From the NCBI GenBank assembly GCA_029262375.1, contig JAJCZM010000046.1, forward strand, positions 1,367 to 65,366: DNA of 64,000 bases, given 5' to 3'. Positions 1 to 7,397 of the stretch are shown piece after piece (position 1 is the stretch's first letter; each line of letters starts with the position of its first letter). The DNA comes from Deltaproteobacteria bacterium. GTDB lineage: Bacteria > Desulfobacterota > Binatia > UBA1149 > SPBQ01. Made by a program: the position numbers and the translations under genes. The notes beneath the pieces were generated by a model, which was given only the letters and a program-made list of their open reading frames with translations, had not been told where the DNA came from and searched no databases.

Positions 1-804
1 GATCGACATGTTGTCGGTATTCATCACACCGTGCGCGAACCCCTCGCACTGCCAGGCAGCCAGCAAGGCCGCCGTTCGCTCGACGCAGCACGCGAGTAGC
101 CCCCCGTAATCGCCACTGTCGAGATGGTCCATGCTGCGTTCGATGACCGATTCGGCAAGGCATTCAAGATCGGCCCGCGCACCGGCGCCGCCGAACTGCG
201 CGAGGTACTGAAAGCTCCCGAAGCGAATATGGCTGCGCGCCATCCGCATGAGTACGGCGGCAGGCTCCACGTCTTCGCGATAGACGTTCAATGGACTGAC
301 GACGAGCGAGAGGGCACGCGTGGTCGCGATACCGAGTCCGGCCATCGCCTCGCTCGCCAGATACTCACGCACGCTCGAGCGCAGAACCGCTCGCCCATCG
401 AACCCGCGCGAATAGGCCGTGGGGCCGCTCCCCTTGAGTTGGATTTCCCATCTCAAGCCGTCGCTCTGGTCGGCTTCGGCTCCGACATCGCCAAGCAAAC
501 AGGCGCGGCCGTCTCCCAGTTGAGCAACGTAGCTACCGAACTGATGCCCCGCGTAGCCAAGCGCGCATGGACTGCTACCGACCGGCAACACGGCGCCGGC
601 AGTGACATCACGAAGCGCTTCGTCATCGAGAGTTGCATCGACGACTCCGATCAGCGCGAAGGCGTCGCAGCTCACCGCCGCGAGACGTGGATCGGGAACG
701 GGCTGCGGCACACACGCCGAGCGCATCCGCTCGGGCAGTCGGGTGTGCGAACTGCACCATCGCAGCGATGCGAATGAGGACGAGTTGGGTGAGGAGGCGG
801 GCAT
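1..804 (-). CDS. selO: Protein adenylyltransferase SelO (YdiU/UPF0061), N-terminal part; the gene continues beyond position 1
   Basis: Absent from the ORF track because it has no stop in the window. Manual minus-strand translation reads ...RLPERMRSACVPQPVPDPRL...LGYAGHQFGSYVAQLGDGRACLLGDV...WEIQLKGSGPTAYSRGFDGRAVLRSSVREYLASEAMAGLGIATTRALSLVVS...MARSHIRFGSFQ...WQCEGFAHGVMNTDNMSI. These are the hallmark SelO motifs. The ATG at 804 was chosen by comparison with the usual SelO N-terminus. Confidence 0.85.
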   Translation of the reverse strand, partial: MPASSPNSSSFASLRWCSSHTRLPERMRSACVPQPVPDPRLAAVSCDAFALIGVVDATLDDEALRDVTAGAVLPVGSSPCALGYAGHQFGSYVAQLGDGRACLLGDVGAEADQSDGLRWEIQLKGSGPTAYSRGFDGRAVLRSSVREYLASEAMAGLGIATTRALSLVVSPLNVYREDVEPAAVLMRMARSHIRFGSFQYLAQFGGAGARADLECLAESVIERSMDHLDSGDYGGLLACCVERTAALLAAWQCEGFAHGVMNTDNMSI

Positions 805-875
805 CGAACGGCGGTGCCGCGCACCGCTCGGCCACCGTGCCTTGCCACGCGTGCACCGGCAAGGCGCGCAGGAGC

Positions 876-953
876 CCATCGAAGCTGGCGGCTCGACCCA
901 GCCCGCCCTCGCGGCCATCGAAGCTGGCGGCTCGACCCAGCCCGCCCTCGCCG
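876..953. repeat. 39-bp tandem duplication (2 copies, 1 mismatch) in the selO-tetR intergenic region
   Basis: ccatcgaagctggcggctcgacccagcccgccctcgcgg at 876-914 is repeated at 915-953. Confidence 0.9.
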
Positions 954-1174
954 CCGGGGGCTGATTGGGAAGCGGACGGCGGTGTGGGCGGGAGGATCGA
1001 GACCGGGGTCAGGTTCTGCCAGGACCGTGCCGGTCATTGCGATGCGTCAATCGAGGCTGGGCAGGCTTTCGGCACGCGGCCCTCGTCAATAGACCGGCAC
1101 ACTCGTGATGCAGGGTGCGGCGTTTGGCTGACACCGCCCCGATTCGTGCATGCGTTGAGATATGGCCGCGTCTC

Positions 1175-1198
1175 GGATCGTGGGATCGTGGGATCGTG
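1175..1198. repeat. 8-bp tandem repeat ggatcgtg x3
   Basis: Direct reading: ggatcgtg ggatcgtg ggatcgtg. Confidence 0.9.
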
Positions 1199-1278
1199 TG
1201 GAATAGACGGCCGGCAAATCGGGCCCATCCCGGTCGGCTTCGGCACCGAGCGCGGCCGATTCCGGTTGACTGCTGCCG

Positions 1279-1300
1279 TTACTGACACTAATGTCAGTAA
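1279..1300. promoter_or_regulatory. Perfect 9-4-9 palindrome, candidate TetR operator
   Basis: TTACTGACA ctaa TGTCAGTAA. It is followed at 1302-1315 by TGACG tgaa CGTCA, which reuses the ACTGAC half-site. This is an AT-richer patch at the 5' end of the tetR gene. Confidence 0.55.
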
Positions 1301-1977
1301 CTGACGTGAACGTCACCGAAACCCAAAAACCGGTATCGGCCAGAGCGCGCAGTCGCATGGCAACCCGAGAACGGCTCGTTCGCAGTGCGCGCGAGCTGTT
1401 TGCCGCACGTGGGCTGTCGCGCGTTACCAGCCACGACATCGCGCGCGCTGCCGGCGTTGCTGCGGGCACCTTCTACCTGCACTTCGACGACAAAGAAGCG
1501 CTCTTCCGCGAGATCCTTTACGCGGCAATCACCGCGCTGCAGGCCGAACTCGCACAGACCATGGAAACGGCCACGGACGCTCCTAAGGGTATCCGTGCTC
1601 AGGCAGAGGCGCTCACGGCGTTCGCCGAGGCGAACCGCGATCTGATCCTCATCGTCTTCGGCCCCGACTCGGCCATCGCCGGGCTCGAAGCCGATGTTCT
1701 CGATTTCATGTCGGTGCAAGCCACCGAGGTTCTCCGCAAGCGCGCACCGGCGGGAGAGCTTCGCCGAGACATCGACCCCGCCGTCACCGCCCAGGCATTG
1801 GTAGGAATGAGCGCGCGCGTCGTGACGTGGTGGATCGCGGATCCAACGCGAAGCACGCGAGAGGCGGTCATCGAAACACTTACGAACATTCAGATCGGGG
1901 GCACGCAGCCCCCGGTGCAGATCGCAGGCACGCAGCCCCCGGTGCAGATCGCCGGCACGAAGCCCCCCGCTAAATAG
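1291..1977 (+). CDS. TetR/AcrR family transcriptional regulator
   Basis: N-terminal HTH signature TRERLVRSARELFAARGLSRVTSHDIARAAGVAAGTFYLHFDDKEALF. The start is uncertain: 1291 overlaps the palindrome, and ATG 1357 is the alternative. Confidence 0.85.
   Translation: MSVTDVNVTETQKPVSARARSRMATRERLVRSARELFAARGLSRVTSHDIARAAGVAAGTFYLHFDDKEALFREILYAAITALQAELAQTMETATDAPKGIRAQAEALTAFAEANRDLILIVFGPDSAIAGLEADVLDFMSVQATEVLRKRAPAGELRRDIDPAVTAQALVGMSARVVTWWIADPTRSTREAVIETLTNIQIGGTQPPVQIAGTQPPVQIAGTKPPAK
1891..1971 (+). repeat. In-frame 27-bp tandem repeat x3 at the TetR C-terminus
   Basis: cagatcg(g/c)(g/a/c)ggcacg(c/a)agcccccggtg x3, encoding QIGGTQPPV / QIAGTQPPV / QIAGTKPPA just before the stop. Confidence 0.9.
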
Positions 1978-1998
1978 CGACACTACGAGGAACGCCCG

Positions 1999-3114
1999 AT
2001 GTCAGATATCACCCGTGACGCCATCTACAACACCGTCGGACGCGACGACTTCGCGTCGATGATAGACGTAAACCGCTACAACGAACGCACCGACGCGTTC
2101 GACAAAATCATCTCGGCCACCGTCGATCACTTCTGGGATCCGACCGATACGCGCTACATCGATTTTGATGTTCCGTTCGACATGGACGCTGAGATGATCA
2201 TGCCGCCCGACTTCGCGCCGGAACTGTCGACGGCCGTTGCCGACAAACTCGACGAAGGCCAGCTCATTCGTCTATCGAACCAATCGACACGCTGGAGCCT
2301 GTCGGCGATCCTTCACGGCGAGCAGGGAGCGCTGTCGCTATCGGCAAGCCTGTGCCACATCCTGCGCGATCCCGGCGCGCTGGAGTACGCGGCCAATCAA
2401 GCGCGCGAGGAAGCACGTCACGTCACCGGCTTCTCGATGTACATCGCCAAACGATGGGGCACCGCCCTACCCTGCGGCAGCATGCTGGGCAGCCTGCTAG
2501 ACGAACTCGTCGCGGCGCCGGAGGTCTACAAGAAACTCGTCGGCATGCAGATGTTGGTCGAGGGACTTGCCATGGGCGCATTCGCGACTCTGCATTCGCG
2601 CACCAACGACCCGCTGCTGCGCCGACTTGTTCAACTCGTGATGACCGACGAAGCGTTCCACCACAAGTTCGGTAAGATCTGGGCCGATCGCACCATGCCG
2701 AAGCTCAACGAAGAGGAGCACGCGCGCGTGGAAGATTGGGCGGCCGCCTGCTTCGACAAGGTGCTGTTCAACCTCGTCAACCCGGAGCAGAAGCAGGTCA
2801 TCTATCGCGAGTTCGATCTCGACTGGAAATGGGTCAGTGCCGCCGTCGCGGAAGGGTTCACCGACGACCGACGCCGCGAGATGATGATGGACAGCACCAA
2901 CATCTTCCGCGTGCTCATCAAAACGATGTTGAAGGCCGGCATCATCACCGACCGTACGAGAGAGCGTTATTCGCTCTGGGTGGACATGGAAGAGCTCACG
3001 CTCGAAGACGACACGGTAGCCGGTCAAGATGTCGCCGACGAAGGACTCGCCGAGCTGTCTCGAATCAACGCCTCGCGTGACAAGATCGGACGCGCCTTCA
3101 AGCAAGCGAGTTGA
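1999..3114 (+). CDS. Ferritin-like diiron-carboxylate protein (AurF-like / diiron oxygenase superfamily)
   Basis: E...ExxH...E...ExxH ligand pattern: HGEQGAL, EEARHV, VEGLAMG, TDEAFHHKFG. It starts 22 nt after the tetR stop. Confidence 0.65.
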   Translation: MSDITRDAIYNTVGRDDFASMIDVNRYNERTDAFDKIISATVDHFWDPTDTRYIDFDVPFDMDAEMIMPPDFAPELSTAVADKLDEGQLIRLSNQSTRWSLSAILHGEQGALSLSASLCHILRDPGALEYAANQAREEARHVTGFSMYIAKRWGTALPCGSMLGSLLDELVAAPEVYKKLVGMQMLVEGLAMGAFATLHSRTNDPLLRRLVQLVMTDEAFHHKFGKIWADRTMPKLNEEEHARVEDWAAACFDKVLFNLVNPEQKQVIYREFDLDWKWVSAAVAEGFTDDRRREMMMDSTNIFRVLIKTMLKAGIITDRTRERYSLWVDMEELTLEDDTVAGQDVADEGLAELSRINASRDKIGRAFKQAS

Positions 3115-3138
3115 CCGACAGGCGCCGCGCGCGTGCTA

Positions 3139-4335
3139 CTAGCGCGTCGCTGCCTTGAATAGTCCGAACGACGACGTGTAGCCGTGAAGGAAGCTGCGGC
3201 CGCCGACCTCGCCTATTTCACCGTTGCAGAAGAAACCACCTATCGGCAGTTCGCCGAGGTGCCGCCGAAGCACGTCGCTATCGTGGCCTGACTTACCGTA
3301 CAGGCCTTCGCCTCGCCCCAAACACGAAAACAGAAGCGCCCCCTCCGGCCGAGTCCCCGAATTCGCAAACTCGGAAGACGCGTACGCGCGCAGCATGTCG
3401 TCGATGTCTTCCGCCGACGTCCGCGCATCGCGCAGGTGAAGTTGAACGACACTGTTCTCTTCGACCACCGCCGCGACCGACAGAGCCCCGGTCTTCTCGT
3501 CGACTCCAAGCAGGTTCCGAATGAGATAGTCGCCGCGGCCATAGGCCTGGCGGGAACGATCCATTACGATCCCGAAGAACAGCGAGTGCCGGAACAACTC
3601 TTTGTCGCGCGTATCGAGACCGGCGTATAGCTCGCGTAGCACATCGATGGATACTCGCCCGTCGATCTCGTGGACGATGTTGCCCGTCGCCGCCGTCACG
3701 AACATCGGATCTCCCACCGGGCGACACCCCTGCGCAACCACGGTGTCTACTTCTATGTTGCCGCGAAGCGCAACCCCGACGGCGCCCGACTGGTACACAC
3801 CCGCGCCCAGGAACAGCGCGTTGTCGCCGGGTTGGCTTCCGCCGCTGGCGAGCCCGCCCACGGTGCGCCCACCGGGATAGTGGATGTCCAGTAAGGACAG
3901 TAGCGGCTCCGCCTCGAAGCTGAACGGCTCGGGCAAAACAATGAAATGCACATCGTCGGCCGGCGCTACGCCGAGCACGCCACCGAGGCGCTGTGAGGCA
4001 TCGCCGGCGGCGGGCACGTCGTCGTTGTCGATATGGAATGGTGTGATCTCGATGTCGGGGAGAGACGCCGCGATCAGCGCGAGAGCCGGTTGATGCTCCA
4101 CCTCGGACCCACCGCCGATGACGCCGCCTCCCGAGCAGCCGAGCAGGACGCCCGACCCGAGCCCGCGGCGCACGAGCGTGGGCAGATAGGCATGCTCATC
4201 GCGATATCGATTCGAGACGAACGCAAGAACCAGATCCGCCGACTTGCCGGATAGACGCGCTGCGAGCATAGCGGTTGCCTCGGCGGCCGCGTCCTCGAGC
4301 GACGGTGCGATGGAAATACTGCTTGCCCAGTCCAT
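3139..4335 (-). CDS. FIST domain sensory protein (FIST_N + FIST_C)
   Basis: ADLVLAFVS...GVLLGCSGGGVIG and the C-terminal GGFFCNGEIGEVGGRSFLHGYTSSFGLF are typical of FIST. The start was trimmed to ATG 4335 (MDWASS), because the upstream part of the track ORF is Cys/Arg-rich junk. Confidence 0.8.
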   Translation of the reverse strand: MDWASSISIAPSLEDAAAEATAMLAARLSGKSADLVLAFVSNRYRDEHAYLPTLVRRGLGSGVLLGCSGGGVIGGGSEVEHQPALALIAASLPDIEITPFHIDNDDVPAAGDASQRLGGVLGVAPADDVHFIVLPEPFSFEAEPLLSLLDIHYPGGRTVGGLASGGSQPGDNALFLGAGVYQSGAVGVALRGNIEVDTVVAQGCRPVGDPMFVTAATGNIVHEIDGRVSIDVLRELYAGLDTRDKELFRHSLFFGIVMDRSRQAYGRGDYLIRNLLGVDEKTGALSVAAVVEENSVVQLHLRDARTSAEDIDDMLRAYASSEFANSGTRPEGALLFSCLGRGEGLYGKSGHDSDVLRRHLGELPIGGFFCNGEIGEVGGRSFLHGYTSSFGLFKAATR

Positions 4336-4741
4336 GGAATCCAGTGGCGCGTGCCTGGGCACCCGCCATCCTATTGTGACATCCGAGGCGACGTCACGAC
4401 AGCCGCAGCGGTAGATACGGCAGCACCCCGCCGACCACTGGCACAACCTCACAAGCACTGCCCCGCATCCACGCATACGACAGCTTGCACGATGAGACAT
4501 GGCGAGCGTCATGCGCCGTGTAGCCGGAGTGACGACATAGGCGTCAGTTTTGTCGCGCTTTGCCCGATCGGCCCCACAGTTGTCGGGGCATCGCACGTGC
4601 GGCGCCGCCCGAAGCTCCGCATGCGCAACCGCACCAGGGCCGTCTAGACGCAGACGGTCAAAAGCGTGGCATGCAACGTGCTCACTAGGTCAACGACGGA
4701 TGCCCTAGCGCGGCGGTTGTAGGACTGCCGGTTGCACCGTT

Positions 4742-7273
4742 TTGGTACAGGGGAGCGGAAACGAAACGATGAATGCGGGAACGAACACCATAGAGCCGAC
4801 CGAAGGACACTACCTGCACGCAGACATCGTCGAATCGACGTCGCTACTGGCTTCCCCTGCCGTTCGCATCTGGCTCACTCTATTACTGGTGATGTTCGGG
4901 TTGGGAGGACTCGGCGGATTCACGCAACTCGCTGAAGCCGTCGCGACGCTGGAACGCAGTAACCTGTCGGGCCTGTTCACGGCGCTCACGTCGATCACTG
5001 CACTCACAGCCTTCTCAATCGGCCACGCAGCGAGCACACCATCGCGCAGTGTCTCACGCGTTTCCATGAGCCAACGGCCGATGGAGCATCTCGCACTGCC
5101 GGCACGCCCATCGCAATCGAACGCCGGGCAAACGACGAGTGCGCAGCCCTCGGCCGCTAACGACGCCGGACACGAGCAGGTACCGGAGGACAAACGTCAG
5201 CTGCCCATAGCCGAATTGGGCGAGAATCGAAGCGGCCCCCGATGGTTGCTGGCGATCGACAATCTTCTCACACGCAAAGCCTCGCGGAGGACGGTGATCG
5301 CCACTGTCGCGCTGACGTCGGCCGTTTCTGCGTTCGTCACCTGGCGCTGGGTCGGCAACATAGGCGAGACGGTTACGGCGCTGATCGGCGTTGCCGTTCT
5401 CGCCGCATTGTTCTCGCGGTTGACGCAGACGGCCGCACAGAACCGCCAGGTAGCCAACGATCTACGCTCGACGAACAATCGCCTGGTCCAAGAAATCGTC
5501 GCACGCCGAGGACGAGACCAAGCAGCGGCGCGTGAGACCGGAGCTACCGAGCAATACCCGCTCGCGATGGACTTCGGCACCGCTGCTCTGCACGACCTCG
5601 AAGCACTACGCACGAAATTCCTCAACGAGGTCTCGCATGAACTGCGCGGACCGATCACGGCCATCAATCTTGCGGCGCGCATCATCATGAAGCACCACGA
5701 GTACGATCACGATGTCGTAGAGCGTTTCGGCTCGACGATCGTCGTCGAAGGCGACCGGCTCGCCCACATCGTGAACGAGTTCTTGGAACTCGCGAAGATC
5801 GAATCCGGCTGCGTGAAATGGAGCGAAGACATCGTCGATCCGGCCGAGATCGTCACGTCTGCAATATTCGCGAACGAAGCCGTTGCCGGCGAACGTGGCG
5901 TGGAGCTCACCCCCGAAGTAGAGCCGGGACTGCCGCCGATCAACGCCGATCGAGACCGTATTGTTCAAGCACTAACGATTCTCATATCGACCGCACTGCG
6001 CACGACGCCTGACAACGGCAAGCTCATCATCCACGCTCGAGGAGTCGGCACGGAAACCCTGTTCGCGGTCGAAGACGACTGCAGCGAGATCATCGAAACC
6101 AAATCCTTCAACATCTTCGGCGGTGTGAAGAAGGTCAAAACGCAGTCCGACGGCAAGGACAACGGCGGCCACGGACTCGGCCTATGCATTGCGAGTGAGA
6201 TCGCCGCACATTACGGCGGCGATACGTGGGCCGAAGGGCGCGAGGGAAAAGACGCCGCGTTCCTACTCTCCATCCCCAATGAAAGACGTGCTGCCAAGAC
6301 CAGCCGCGGCGACGATTCGGGCGCTGATAGCGCCGACGGTTCCGGTGGCTCTGCGGACGACGAAAATGAGAACCCGTTCCAGATACTCGAAGCGACCACG
6401 CCCAAGGCTGGTGACGCCACCGCACCGGTACTGCTCGACCCGACCAAAAGTGCCGTGCTGCCGAGCGTGTTCGCGCCTCTGAGCGGCGAGGTCCAAACCG
6501 CAGACTCGCTCGGCGATACACCACCGGTGACGCCGGACGCCGACGATGCAAGGTCCGTCTCGATCTCCAACGACGCAGACGCCGCCCCGGCCGAGATGGC
6601 CGATTCGCTAGGCAGCATCGCTACCGACGGCGACGATGCCGCGGCCGAATCGTGGGGACGTGAATTCGAACAGCCATTCGAGGCTGAGAAGCTCAGCATG
6701 CAAGAGCTAGACGACATGCTCTACGGGCGCACCGGCATCTTCAGTATCGACGATGACGACGATGACGAATCGGAAGCCGCGGCAACCCGCCGAGAGTTCG
6801 CGGCAGTGGACGCCGCCGCACCACACGCCGACGAAAAATTGGAGGCCGGCGCAGCACCGGTGTGTGACTCCCTGGGCGCTATCGAGGACACCTCACAGCC
6901 CACCAATACGAGTTCGCGCAACGCGCCGACGAACAGCGCCTTTGACGAGTGGCTCGCCGAGGGCCAAGCGGCGCAAGAGGGCGCCCACGACGCGTTCGAG
7001 AGCACATCAGTCGGCGACTCTCTGGAAGACGCTCTGGCGCAGCTCGGACGCTCCACCGCGACGCTAACAGCCGAGACCATCGATGCACCCGAGTCGCTCG
7101 CTGCGCTCGCCGCGTCGAGCGGCAGAGCCGAAGACCACAGCCGCGCAGCACGTACGGCGGCAACCTCCAGTCCGCGCGCGGCGAAGCACGACCCGCGCAA
7201 ACAACAAAGCGGATGGCAACTCGCGTCAGGCATAGGCGCGTCGCTCGTTCGAAAAACACCGCCGCGGCGCTAG
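4742..7273 (+). CDS. Membrane sensor histidine kinase with ~330-aa acidic low-complexity C-terminal tail
   Basis: TM segments, H-box FLNEVSHELRGPITAI and ATP-binding G-box GGHGLGLCIASEIAAHYGG. The track start is TTG 4742; ATG 4769 is the alternative. Confidence 0.85.
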   Translation: MVQGSGNETMNAGTNTIEPTEGHYLHADIVESTSLLASPAVRIWLTLLLVMFGLGGLGGFTQLAEAVATLERSNLSGLFTALTSITALTAFSIGHAASTPSRSVSRVSMSQRPMEHLALPARPSQSNAGQTTSAQPSAANDAGHEQVPEDKRQLPIAELGENRSGPRWLLAIDNLLTRKASRRTVIATVALTSAVSAFVTWRWVGNIGETVTALIGVAVLAALFSRLTQTAAQNRQVANDLRSTNNRLVQEIVARRGRDQAAARETGATEQYPLAMDFGTAALHDLEALRTKFLNEVSHELRGPITAINLAARIIMKHHEYDHDVVERFGSTIVVEGDRLAHIVNEFLELAKIESGCVKWSEDIVDPAEIVTSAIFANEAVAGERGVELTPEVEPGLPPINADRDRIVQALTILISTALRTTPDNGKLIIHARGVGTETLFAVEDDCSEIIETKSFNIFGGVKKVKTQSDGKDNGGHGLGLCIASEIAAHYGGDTWAEGREGKDAAFLLSIPNERRAAKTSRGDDSGADSADGSGGSADDENENPFQILEATTPKAGDATAPVLLDPTKSAVLPSVFAPLSGEVQTADSLGDTPPVTPDADDARSVSISNDADAAPAEMADSLGSIATDGDDAAAESWGREFEQPFEAEKLSMQELDDMLYGRTGIFSIDDDDDDESEAAATRREFAAVDAAAPHADEKLEAGAAPVCDSLGAIEDTSQPTNTSSRNAPTNSAFDEWLAEGQAAQEGAHDAFESTSVGDSLEDALAQLGRSTATLTAETIDAPESLAALAASSGRAEDHSRAARTAATSSPRAAKHDPRKQQSGWQLASGIGASLVRKTPPRR

Positions 7274-7397
7274 CAATGCCCCGCAAGGACCGCTCGAAAC
7301 GTCGGCAGCCGGCCCCGTCCGCTCGCTAAACTAATGAAGGAGTTCATCTCGCCTTGCGCAGGCTTATGCGCGGCGTGAAGCCCCGAGCGCAGAAACA

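Noticed and set aside
124-1304. Plus- and minus-strand ORFs at 124-777, 602-964, 633-1304 and 672-1037
   Set aside because: They are overlapped by the clearly recognisable minus-strand selO frame (1-804) or lie in the repeat-containing intergenic gap. The translations are Arg/Pro/Ala-rich with no motifs.
3139-4596. Long N-terminal extensions in the ORF track (for example FIST 4336-4596, GGCT 17180-17335, methyltransferase 16893-17225, 2OG oxygenase 25123-25248, hydrolase 62640-62891)
   Set aside because: The extended parts are Cys/Arg/Pro-rich, overlap neighbouring genes or terminators, and lack family-typical N-termini. Internal ATGs with signal peptides, SD-like sequences or ATGA coupling fit better. 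The trimmed starts remain predictions.
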